From positions 62,001 to 126,000 of the forward strand of contig JAKMXF010000303.1 in assembly GCA_024704765.1 (NCBI GenBank): DNA of 64,000 bases, written 5' to 3'. The notes beneath the pieces were generated by a model that was given only the letters and a program-made list of their open reading frames with translations, ran no database searches and was not told the origin of the DNA. Each line of letters begins with the position of its first letter. Position 1 is the stretch's first letter. The stretch is from Oopsacas minuta (lineage: Eukaryota; Animalia; Porifera). A program made the translations under genes and the position numbers. Of the stretch, positions 48,413 to 60,620 are shown piece by piece.

Positions 48413-48958
48413 CAGTGGATCCTGTCTGAGTGTTTTATGACATTATCCGGGGTCTTCTTTAATCTGGGAATCCAATTCGTGTACGTAGTATGTATGATTG
48501 TACGCAGTGTTTCTCCAAAGCGCGTCAATTAATGCACTTTCCCCGCCGAATGACGCGCTTAGAATATCTAGTTGCATTAAAATGAAGAATCTATACATAG
48601 GGCTTAATACGTGTATATGCGACACCGATGATCCGTGCCATGTTCGTGTTCAGTACTAAATGGCAATACATGTAGACACAACTATATGCAAACGAATTTA
48701 TTCACACTGTTCACTTATACACAGTATATTTCCACGTATTTACTCCTACGTACTAGATTTCTACAATTAACCTTCAAACTGGAATTCACGTTCAGCTATA
48801 TGATATTATAGGGAAGGATACCAAATCTGAAAACATCTTTATGACAATATCAGGGATATGGCATAGCGCGATGTGACTTTGACTGAGTTTTTAGTACAAA
48901 GTAACGAAAATGGTGTTGGATTGGGACTTTTTATGATAATAATCGGGTTATTCTATTA
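48413..48958. mobile_element. Second copy of the 37537 element, with an internal insertion
   Basis: TA|CAGTGGATCC start and extensive interior homology to 37537-37965; extra GCGCGTCA..TGACGCGC hairpin segment. The right end is approximate. Confidence 0.65.
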
Positions 48959-49230
48959 AGTGGCAGGATACAGTATATGTCCCTAACAGAGTTAGATTTC
49001 GACTTGTTATGCCAGAATTCCGAAAATTGGAACAAATCGGAGTAAAAAGCGAAAATCCCCTCTGATAAGTACATAAATTAGACTATCATATCCGCTAAAA
49101 ACAGTATAGAACTTAGAAGCTAATTTACAGTTTATTCAAGATATATATACAGAATTATTTCAAAGAGATACATATAAAGAAATAGCTATTACACACATGT
49201 ATAGAATTATGCAAAATTATTTTAAGATTC

Positions 49231-49692
49231 CTAATACTTTGAAGTGAGAATTCTAGCAAACACTTCGTAGTTAATCATTCCATTACCATCAGTTTCTGCT
49301 TCATTAAGCATTTCATCTACTTCATCCTCTGTTAACTTCTCTCCTAGAGTTGTCATAATATGTCTCAGCTCTGAAGCACTAATCTTTCCGTTACCTTCTT
49401 TATCAAACACCCGAAAAGACTCACGTATCTCTCCCTCACTATCTTGTTCCTTCAGTTTAGTCTGAATTAGAGTGAGGAAAGTATCAAAGTCTACAGTCCC
49501 CGAGTTATCAGGGTCAGCTAGCTGCTGCATATCCAGGACCTCACTCTCTGAAGGGTTCTGACCTAGAGAACGTAACACGGTGGGGAGATCCTTCTTAGAA
49601 ATGGTGGAATTATTTTTATGGTCAAACAGAGCGAATGCTTCCTTGTACTCTGCAATCTGTTCTTCAGTAACTCCTGCTTGTGAATGTGCCAT
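49231..49692 (-). CDS. Calmodulin-like / myosin light chain-like EF-hand protein (153 aa, intronless)
   Basis: [71 protein letters not shown] follows the calmodulin scaffold, but the loops are non-canonical. Confidence 0.92.
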   Translation of the reverse strand: MAHSQAGVTEEQIAEYKEAFALFDHKNNSTISKKDLPTVLRSLGQNPSESEVLDMQQLADPDNSGTVDFDTFLTLIQTKLKEQDSEGEIRESFRVFDKEGNGKISASELRHIMTTLGEKLTEDEVDEMLNEAETDGNGMINYEVFARILTSKY

Positions 49693-50561
49693 TCCGTGTC
49701 AGCTAAGTTAATAATAAACTAATTTTAATAGTTAGCTATTATATAAGGTTGTAATCTCCTAGAAAATTCATATCACAGTATTGTATCAGATATACGAAGG
49801 CATGAGGTAGGTAGATACCTTTGTATAGGATTAATTCATTAAAATTAGATATCAATTAATATATTAACAAATTAAATGATATTTCATAATAGTGCTATAA
49901 TCTATGATACATGATTGAAATGATGCACATTTAATTCAATAGGAATCCTTTTGGGTCTCAGGTATACATATTGAATTATAAAATCAAAAAATTACACAAA
50001 CAGTTTAGAATCCTATTACGTACACCCGTACATATATAACACAGTTGTGATTCAAATATAATCAGCCTGTATTGAGGTGATCATGTGTATGTATTTCCGA
50101 GCATATCAAATATTCATTTAAGACTCTTTAAAAGTACATAAAATTATGTTTAATGCAAACAAGTTTGGTTGATTTAAGATATTACAATTTCGCAATTGTC
50201 TGAACGCTATAAATTCCGAGGTACTTCACCTGTTACGAGATTAGGTATTATCGCTACAGAGCACGTGAGTAATGAGCATAATTTACAACATTATTAATTG
50301 ACGAATTCAGAAATCAAACTATACGTACTCGGTATGTTATGTCCGTATAAGTAATAATTGAGATATATGGATGGTACAGATTACCCCGTAATTAGTAGAG
50401 AAAGCAGAAATATTTGAAATTAAATAATTTCAAATCTTCCATATATTAGAATCCATAGTCCACACTGCCATAATCATTTCACCTAAAATACAATTGTCCA
50501 CTATAGTAGATTTACCAAATCTGAGTAAATATAGATAAGAAATAAACTCATCCTAACCGAC

Positions 50562-53500
50562 TTACTTTGAAATTTTGGAACGGAGGAAATTTAAAAATTC
50601 ATAATAAGACATCGTCTCCTCGAATTTGTCCTCAACCAAGCGCTTAGGAAATTCCATTTTACAATGTGAGGTATCTGTAAGAACCATGAGTACTGGAGAG
50701 CGAGCTCGACTCCACTTGATCTGTGACATGAGTAGACGTATTCTTTCTGAGAGCATGTTCTCTATGACAGGGAACTCTTTTATACTTGTTGAGTTATCCT
50801 CGACTAGTTCCCTGGGAGAACTAACACCGAATACTTTCTGCAGGAATTCAGGGCTAACATTAGCACCTAGGTATAGGATAAGGTGCTCTCCAGCATCTAG
50901 GAGGTACGTCCCTGTAAGAGAGGTCTTCTCAGCAGAACAGTGCATGATCTGTACAATAATGTGGTCTCCTTCTAGCTCGTTAGTGAGTTCTGACTTCTCT
51001 ATGATGTCATGTAGACTGTATAGAGTGGGGTATATACTGGAGAGAAGTTCGTCTAGAGGGAGAGTCTTGAGGAGGATAGTTTGGTAACTACGCTCATCTA
51101 ATTGTATCAAGCTGTTTACTCTAAGCAGAGGGTGTTTGAGTAGGCCTAACAGGTATAAAGGAAGTAACCGTAATGAGGTAGGAAGAGTCAGAGAATTTGA
51201 TCTATTAGCTGGACAGAATACAGAATATGATTTGATGAGATCTCCTACGACATTAATCAGTCCAGTACGTGCATCTCCTAGTGAAGACTCAATTAATCTA
51301 TCTACTGCCATCTTAGCAACAAATGCTGCGATAGCTTGTGTATTAGCAGACGCATATACATCCATTAATTTCTATAAAAGAATAGAAAATGAATAAGTAA
51401 CGAGAATTAGGGTAGGCTCTTTCGCCTGGAGATATCCTTATTATTCAAATTTACGGCTCCTTTGGGAATTTAGCTCCGCAATCATATTTATTTAAGTTCA
51501 TTATATATGATGTAATCAACAATAAATTTCATATGAGAACTTGAACATGTATAATTCGGAGCGCAAGTCTCTACTAAAGGCAATATAGATTACGTAATGG
51601 TAATAAATTCACAGTTATTCACAAATGGGTTAAGTATGCTGAATCGGAAGTTAACACTTTGAAAAGTCCAGTTACAGTTCAAGGCAGTAACACAAAGGTT
51701 CGTATGCACTCTACAGTAAGTGTTCCCTAATTATCCATGGTCTCTAGTTTGATCACAAAGCAAATTGTGTACCACTTCCACACAGGGCCTTTATTCACTG
51801 GTGGACAAGTATAGAATTTTAAATCTATATTATTTTACCGTAGTAACAGGTAGAGCAATAGTAGCCACCCTAATTCTCCTCTCTCCTCGTACACTAGTGT
51901 ATAGTAATGCGGACTGAACGAATGCTACTTCTACTTCATCAAGTGTCTCTTCATAAGATAGCTGAATGGCGAATGAGTGATCAGGATTTACATTAGGCAG
52001 TGCTAGCAAATCAGTAGATCGTACGAAGCAATTACCATGAAATGTATGAAGTGCTAAACCTAATTTAGGTTAATCAAATTAATTATAGACATGAGTGAAT
52101 GAAAAATCTGTCAAGTGACTAACCTGGTGAACATCGAATTCTCATGACAGCTTCGAAACCAATTCTCCTAGTGAAATACCTGTGCAGGTCTTCTTGAAAT
52201 GCTTTAATTCTATTTGGAGATTCTTGAGAAAGTGCGGGATAATAACGCACCTGTAGAACATATAAATTTGACATTGATATAGTCTCGTGTACTCGTAGAA
52301 AGGTTGATAAATTAACCGTATAAAATACAGTATTATACCTGTCCAGAAGAGTATCTTGATAATGCAGATATAGATAATAGATCAGTAAACTGACTACATG
52401 TCACGAATACGTCTACTCCTACTTGTTTCTCACAACAATCCAATGCTAGCTTCTTGTAGAAGTCTGTGCTAGCAGACAGCTGTAAAGATTCTAAGTTACT
52501 AGTGTGTTTCTTCAAATAGCTTGTGGCCTGAATTGATACACATAGATATAATTACAGTGGATCCTTATTAATACAAATGGTGAATCCGAATTCCGAATAA
52601 GAAGGAAAATGTGTGCACAAAATCTGGTCCCTACAATAATTATTCAATTGGTTTACTCGAACTGTGGATAAAGCGAGGAAATATTGACAGTCTGTTGGTG
52701 TTCCTATTAAGGTTCCATAGTATATTACAAATTCTTTAATAAGAACGGAGCATCGAGCAAATGAACAATGGAAAAGATTTACAGTGAACCTGCGTAAACC
52801 GACACTGGTTGAGAAATGAAATTGTGTCGGTTTATGCAGATTTATTTTTATTGTCTAAAGCTATTCAGGATTATACACTGAATTTCTCTTACATCTATCT
52901 TATGTAAATACTAAATCAGTGTTTGGCAACCTTTTTCGAACTTAGGCACACTCAACAATATACATATTTTGATCGAATTTTTTTGTAGAACTTTGATCAA
53001 ATGATGAAAAAAGCAAATTTTGAACAAAGTTCTACTAAATGTCTTCAGTCGAATTTTGATCGAAAAATTGTCGTGCGAATCTAAGACGTGCTAGCACTTT
53101 TTATTTTATTAATTAGAAACGGGTACCATTGGGAGGGGATTAGGGATTTAGTTCGCTACCTTATGGCTCTGGGAGTTTTTATTTGTGTTCGTCATTCAGC
53201 TACTAAGGGACGGGAGTGTGGAATTTATGCTAATTTTTATGATTGGATGGAGTTTTGTTGGTTGACTATTAGAAAAGTTTGAAAATGGCAGATTGTTGGA
53301 TTTTTTTGTTTTATTTTCTCCATTTTCTATCAAAGTTCCAATTTTTCTATCAAAATTCGACAATTTTTCGATCAAAGCTCGACTGAAGACATTTTAGTAG
53401 AACTTTGATCAAAATTTTCCTTTTTCATCATTCGATCAAAATTCGATATAAGAAAATTTAATCAAAATATACAGATTCCTATAATATTGTTATGAGCTAG

Positions 53501-56500
53501 TCACTGATTCTTTTCAATAAGTCAGTGATATTCTGGCTAACAATGATGCACTAACTAACAAGTAAGAATAAATTATAACTTACTTGCTCAGAACTCATAG
53601 CACCATTACCTCTAGTAGGTCGCTGAGCAATGAGTATAGTAATCCTCCCTCCACATTGTGATATCATCTTGTAAGCAGACTCTGCTGCCACACCCACACA
53701 GCTGTCACTACTATGTGAGTTTCCCCAGATAGAGGGCAGATCTCGAAGCAGCTGTTTAAATGACTCTTTAACTTCTTTCAGGTATACCAGAAGATCGTTG
53801 TTTGTAGGAAGGAATACTTCCTCTAGATCAAGAATGTCGTAGATGTGAGCAGGGAGGTTACCTCTTATCCCGTAGAATTGAATAGAGTGATTGAATGTTA
53901 TTAGTCCTACCTGAGTTCTGCTGTCCCCGGGTATTTCATCTATACACTCAATCAGAGTCTTACAGAATGCTGACAAAGCACCTAACAGGATAATTGTATA
54001 CAGTAATCTCTCATTATAACAAAGTGCTCTGGAATCCGGTTTCATTAAAGCTATAAGCGGATTTCGTTGTTAGTAGAGTAAAAATTAATTACTTTAAAGT
54101 TATAAGTGGTAAAGAATCACTTCGTTAAACCAGGAGTTTACTCCAACCGGGACGTAGTCAATGGTAAGACCGGTAACATATCTATACTGACGAGTGACGA
54201 TGGCCGGATCGGTTTACATGACATTGCTACAGTCTTGTTCAAATGATTTTTATTCTATGTTGCACATTGTAACACACCTGAAACCACGGAGGCGTTGGAC
54301 ACATCCAATACAAATACATATACAGGTGGTTGAGGTGGTCTGAGAGCATAATCAGAGTTAGCAATATATTCTACAATAGGAGACTGTACTTCTGAATAGC
54401 TACCAGTTATATTGTTAGCCTTCATAGCATCATCTGGGTTAAATCCGTCTGGTAGAGCGTTAGCTCTATGACATATATTACATTTCCATTTTCGTCCAGA
54501 CAGAAATGAGATGTAAGGGTTAATGTAGGTTCGACAGTTGGTACAACGGATGATACATGAAGTAGATACTATAGGTAGCTTGTCACTTTGTATGTCCTGC
54601 AATGAATAAACAATTCTATAAGATTATGTACGTATTGAATAAAATTAAATTTCTTAATGCAGAGCAATATGTCAGTTATTAGGAGGAGCAGAATATTAAC
54701 ACATAAGATAAATGTGTTATCAAATTATCCTAGATAATAGCCTATCATTTATAAATATTTAAATTCAACAATTACAACATCACAATAATACCCTTAGGTG
54801 CTTGCAGAGAGGGTTCCCCAAAATTTCGGCATTCCACTAATCCATGATAAATTCCCAGTTAAACAACTCAGTGAGTGCTCCAAAATGACGATTCAACATA
54901 TGTCTGGAACGAAATGTCAGGATCCGTGATATTGATACTATTATATCATGGTAGGGGATAACCATAATGAAACTTTGGGGGTCACATCACCAGGTTGCGC
55001 ATCACTGTACTAGTAGACTGAGACCTCATCATGTACAAACATGGTATTAGTGTCGTGCTAATCTGTTGGGAGAGCTAGATTCGTCAAAAATTAGCTAATT
55101 TAATTAAGTGAGGCTGACCCTGGCTGCTCACTCAATTGAATATTTAATTTTGATAAGTGACAATATACTAAATCGGATTCACAAGTGATCAACAAGGATG
55201 TATTACGAGTGTACGACATACTCTGTACCCTGTGAAGTGTGAGCCGTATGGTTGCCTTATTATCTAAGCTAAACATTGTTTGTGTAAGCGGCAATTGTAA
55301 TTTGTAGTGCTAGCGAACTAGGAGAGAGGATTAGAGGCATCAACAGGTTATTTTACGCTGAAACTAGCAGTAATATACTTATGTCTAGGCCAGTAGACTA
55401 TTCATCTAGATAAGTCAAGGACACTGGCAAATCCAACTGATTTAGCCATTATTTCTATTGGGAGTATCAACTAGTAAGATATTGGAAATCAGTGTCACTG
55501 AGTAAGAGAAAAACACTCATTTAGTGAATGTCCTAAGCCCAATGGACAGGAGTACTTCATGACATTATCCTAATCTGTAATAGAATGTTCCGAAGACAAG
55601 AATATAGTTTTGAGTGTATTAGGAAATGGGGGATATGACAAGATTCACAGTTTGTATATATGTTTTGCATATATACGATGTACGTAACCACGGTAGACTA
55701 GGGCGTAAATACACTAGCTGAATGAATATTTGATATGGAGTCATTTTAAGCAACACAAACATAGCAATGTACCAATACCAGAGATATAATAAAGTTATCC
55801 ATACTAAACACTATGTAATGATCATAACTGTAACTATATTCATTAGGGATATCCGTCATTAGGTTATTGTCTGTGTGTTGGCCACTTGGTGGTGGAATCT
55901 TATTAACAAGGAGATTTAAAAATCAAATAGCGCATATAATATGAATTCTATAAATTATTGTATATAGAGAGTTTAACAAGAGATATCGCTATCTGTATTA
56001 CAGATTGGATATTAACTCCCATAGAACCTACATAATATAAAGGGTCTGGATAATTTGATCGAATGTTTTGCAGAAATTTGATCAAATTTTCTTATATCGA
56101 ACTTTGATCGAATGATGAAAAAGGAAATTTGATCAAAGTTCTACTAAAATGTCTTCAGTAGAACTTTGATCGAAAAATTGTCGAATCTTGATAGAAAAAT
56201 TAGAACTTTGATAGAAAATGGAGAAAATAAAACAAAAAAATCCAACAAGCTGCCATTTTCAACTTCTCTAATAATCAATCCAACATAACTCCATCCAATC
56301 ATAAAATTAGCATAAATCCCACACTCCCGTCCCTTAGTAGCTGAATGACGAACACAAATAAAAACTCCCAGAGCCATAAGGTAGCGAACTAAATCCCTAA
56401 TCCCCTCCCAATGGTACCCGTTTCTAATTAATAAAATAAAAAGTGCTAGCACGTCCTAGATTGAAATCAGTCGAGTCCGGCGCATTGTGGCATTACATGG

Positions 56501-59500
56501 GGGGTCAGGGGGTGCCCCCCTGAATATTGTGGTGTCGTGGAGCACAACAATTTTTCGATCAAAGTTCGACTGAATACATTTTAGTGGCACTTTGATCAAA
56601 ATTTCCTTTTTCATCAATCGATCAAAGTTCGACATAAGAAAATTTGATCAAAATATACAGATGCATATAAATAGACCGATAAAAAGAATTTCAAAAATTA
56701 GGGAATTGATTGGTTAGTCCCGGAAATGACCTGGCTTAAACAAATTGGATACTGGATGAAATAAACCAAATATTACTAACCCTGAAAGGTTGAATGAGTA
56801 CTCCCAATGGTAGCTTGCTCTTGCTGAGAAGAGACTTTGAATAAGGAATAGAATTGAGTGTAGAACATAGCATATATGGGTCAAATTGTGTCTTTGTTCT
56901 TACACCAGTGCTGACTTTAGGAAGAGGAGGATCTGGAATATACTTAGGTAATATGTTCCTTGTGTCAAGAAGATTAATGGGCTCTAATTCAGGAGGCAGG
57001 GCCTGTTGATGAGTCTGGTTGAATTGATTCACGGGAGCTATGGTAGATAAGGTGATATGAAATTGGCAAATTAGAAATGGGATAGGATATTAACAAAAAT
57101 TTTAAATCAGAAATAAAAGTTTTCTAAAATACAATAGGATTTCCTCTTCAGATTGTAGATATATTAAATTTCTAGAGATTGGAAAACCATCAGTATAGGT
57201 CAGCTGTGATAGGGTTTCTCATTCAGAATGTGGAAATTGTATTATAGTACTTAACACACACACAATTATCCCTTAAAAGATATGAAATACGTAATCTATG
57301 TGAAACATCATATCTAACATTATTAGGGATCTTCTATTGGGAATGTGTGTTAGATAAGATTAACGAAGTGGATATACTTAGTAAGCTTGTCAACTAACCA
57401 GAGCCTGGTATACGAGGTTGTCCAGGTCCAGTTTGCATGGGATGCTGGGGGAATAAGACAGGGGTAGAGCCAGGATTAGGAGTCAGGTTATTCTGAAATT
57501 GAGCTACTCCAGACTGTTGTGTAGGAGGGTATTGAGATTGTCCTGTAGTTATATTGAGTTAAGCATATACGTGTACAGTGCAGTAGAAACCGAATTATTA
57601 ACAAATGTTCGTGCAAAATATGTTATAAATATTCGGTTTCTATACGATAATTAATTAATAATATTAGTGAGCATTCCCCCACCACTTAAGAAGAATTTGG
57701 GATGAATTATGATAATTAAGCATTTATTATCGTACCAAATACCAGTTCTTAAGATTGGTCACCCGGCTATTTTTATGGATCTACGCTCTTGACCCAATCA
57801 TAAAATCAGACCTCTAGTTAGTGAACAAAAATTCTGTCCCGAGGGTGTTCACTATGGAGAGGTTAGACTGTAATTGAATACCTTGAATGGGTAGTGGTGT
57901 AGCAGGTAATACAGGAGCAGGAGGACCTTGAGTTATAGAGCCTCTCTGTATATTCTGTCCCCAGGGCTGAGAGGAGGCATCATAGTTAAGAAAGTGTGAC
58001 TGATTGGGGGACGGGTAGAACTGTGAAGATGTGGAGGGAGACATCTGGGGTTTGATACCTGGGGGTGTAGACATATTTGTAACTTGAGAACTCTGAGTAG
58101 GGTGCATTTGAGGCTGGTGAGGTGGGGCTGTAGATCGGTGTATAGGAGCGTTAAGCTGAGAATTTAAAACTCCTGGGTGTGTAGGAGCATGAAGCATGGA
58201 TGTGATCTCACCAGAATGTTTAGATGGTGTAGTGCGAGTAGGAGGAGGAATAATTTGAGGACTTATCTGAAATATAAGTTACAAATGGTATAATATAGAC
58301 TGATTCATTGGAAATATTAAATTTATCTGTATTAGATAAACTATACAGTCGAATTCGGTTAGTACATACTCGGCTTAAGACGTACTTTCGGTTAGCGTTT
58401 AGAACGACTTTTCTTCAAAACGGTTTTTTATTCCTGTACTAATTGTATACTAACCGAAGTATTTAAACACAATTGGATGTACAATACATATCTTGGCTAA
58501 TCATTCGTATTTGTAATGGGTAGAAACATGAACCAAAACCTGAGCTGCACTCTCAATCTGTTGGCTGCATTTTTCACATGGGAATTTGTTTCTCTTTCCT
58601 ATAACAATGTATCATATTATAGTAATGTCAATATACCAACCTGACTCTTGATATTAGCAGCACTAGGTTCTACAGATGTAGATTTCTGCTGTCCATTAGG
58701 AGCAATAGCAGCATATTGGGTAGCTGGATTGAAACTAGTAGAAAGTACAATATTTAATACTGCCGTATAATTAATTTATGGATTAATTATGTTGAGGCTC
58801 TCCTAATGTTACTTAATTAACACTTACAGAGGAGGGGTGCTGGCTAGCTGGAGATTGGGTATTTTGTCGGGACCTGCCAAAAAGGAGGACAATTGCGGTG
58901 TGTCGTTTCGGAGTGACACGATACCCAAAAGATGTAAAATTGAGACAGTAGCAAATATATATATATATATATATATATATAATAGTGATAAGTATTGATG
59001 ATATACCGTATTCCCCTGAATAAGCGGGGGGTATTCTCCTGCAGGAAAATACGGTATATTTACAAGGGTGGAGGGAGATTAATTATATTTTGAAGGTTGC
59101 TTTAGTTATCTTACTAATATCTATATTATTAAATCTTAATCTATATTGTACCTTTTGACTGGGATATTCTGAGTAGCTGGGTTCATTTGTAGATTGTTCA
59201 TACCTTGAACTAACTGAGTCTGAGAATGGGGAATATTGGGACCTGATAGAGATGGCGGAATGTGAGGATTTGAATGAGAGGAGCGGAGATGGGGGTTTAA
59301 TTGAGAGGGGAGGGTATAGGGGTTAGATTGAGAAGGCGGAATATGAGGATTTGGTTTAGAGGGCACCAAATGTGGATTGATCTGAGTGCCTGGCTGTTGG
59401 TGATAGTGTGCAGGATGTGAGGGCTGTGCAGCTAAGTTAGGTACAACATTCTGGTATGACTGTTGTGCTTGATGATAAAGCTGTGGATGTGAGGAAGCAG

Positions 59501-59567
59501 TGGGTTTATATACAGATGACTGAGGGTACCCGGGAGCTGTAGAGGGATCAATTGGATATTTCGACAT
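50562..59567 (-). CDS. SEC24: COPII coat protein SEC24A/B-like; exons 59567-59152, 58734-58641, 58266-57882, 57542-57399, 57037-56781, 54596-54278, 53981-53584, 52527-52339, 52250-52124, 52059-51839, 51371-50562 (1119 aa)
   Basis: P/Q/S-rich N-terminus, KLPLGVLIQPF, zinc finger RCTNCRTYINP..WKCNIC, RPPQPPVYVFVLDVS, IGFEAVMRIRC, RSTDLLALP and SYYEFL. The exon sum of 3360 nt is in frame. Confidence 0.93.
52555..52850. mobile_element. Two adjacent CAGT MITEs in a SEC24 intron (52555-~52720 and 52782-~52850)
   Basis: TA|CAGTGGATCCTTATTAAT..TATTAAGGTTCCATAG, and TA|CAGTGAACCTGCGTAAACCGACAC..GTGTCGGTTTATGCAG (898 family). Confidence 0.55.
52960..53474 (+). mobile_element. Foldback element copy A (long TIRs built of TTGATCAAA/TTCGATCAAA motifs) in a SEC24 intron
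   Basis: About 130-bp inverted arms end ...ATCAAAATATACAG. The ~300-bp interior is nearly identical to the reverse complement of the copy-B interior. Confidence 0.85.
56046..56660 (-). mobile_element. Foldback element copy B, inverted relative to copy A
   Basis: Same arms and interior. The identical spurious ORF MLALFILLIRNGYHWEG... occurs at 53088(+) and 56452(-). There is an extra ~85-bp GC-rich insert at ~56461-56545. Confidence 0.85.
58955..58981. repeat. (AT)n microsatellite
   Basis: About 13 AT units in SEC24 intron 1. Confidence 0.9.
59006..59054. mobile_element. 49-bp TA-flanked mini TIR element
   Basis: TA|CCGTATTCCCCTG...CAGGAAAATACGG|TA. Confidence 0.6.
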
Positions 59568-59783
59568 TGTGTGATGGTAGTTAAAAATGCGATAATTGCA
59601 TAACCTAAAATATCTATAAGTTATAGAGTTGTAAATTGAGCAAATACCCTTATTGTAATTATTGAATTAAAATGAGCATTAGGCAATGAGCTAATTTAGA
59701 GAACTCGATGAAATGACATCACTAATGCAACATATATGGCCTTATTGATATTATCCATGGTGTTTAAGGGTGTATAATGAATA

Positions 59784-59947
59784 CAGTGGATGCCAGATAT
59801 ATTATAAGAACCCCATTATGAGTAGCAATACATGTTCTTATAACTGGCATAAAATACAAGGGAATTCATGAGAATAATTTCCCAGAGGATTGTGCTTTTA
59901 TCCGGGCATGTTAGTATATCCAGTGTTCTTATATCCGGCATCCACCG
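59784..59947. mobile_element. CAGTGGATGCC MITE upstream of SEC24
   Basis: TA|CAGTGGATGCCAGATATATTATAAGAAC...GTTCTTATATCCGGCATCCACCG|TA. Confidence 0.75.
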
Positions 59948-60620
59948 TATTTTCAATGATCTTTCAGAGAAGAGAGAACTACATAGTTCATAAGACAAGG
60001 TACGTAGCTAAGGTGATACATTAGCCAGGAGGCAAGATAAAACTTGTCACCTAAAATGAACTCTCCCAACACTCACATCCCAATTTTTCAAGAACTGGCA
60101 ATAGAATACTCCTCATAAATTCCTATGATTATATTCACATCTATTACACAAGGTTTGTAACTGATAGCTTGGATAATGCCCACGTATGTATAGATATGCA
60201 CAATGTAAACCTATACATCGAATTATTAGCTAACAAGTCCCCATCAATTCGATTAATTAATTAAGATCGCTTAAATGGCTGAACTATTCTAATCAAAATC
60301 ATAGAATCTGTCCAATTGAATAATTAACTGAGCAAGATAATAATAAGAACACAATATATGTAGTAAGTGACGAGTTTGCTAAACGGATCAAATTCAGATA
60401 CTATATAAGCTAATAAATTAAGTCCACTTGTGCAAAGGAATCACAGCTTTGTTGGCTATAATGCACGTTCGAATATATACAAAGATTAAAAATAATAAAA
60501 GAACAAAATGCGAGGTTATCTATATTGGTGCTTATAGTATATATTTCTTAGTCAGCTATGGACTAATTGCTGTGATTTCATGGGAGAATAAAATACGTAT
60601 ATGTAATCTAAAGCAGTGTG

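Noticed and set aside
53088-56452. Duplicated ORF MLALFILLIRNGYHWEG... (53088+ and 56452-) as a small secreted gene pair
   Set aside because: Both lie inside the foldback element copies, start at GTG, and diverge in frame after ~50 codons. They are repeat-derived.
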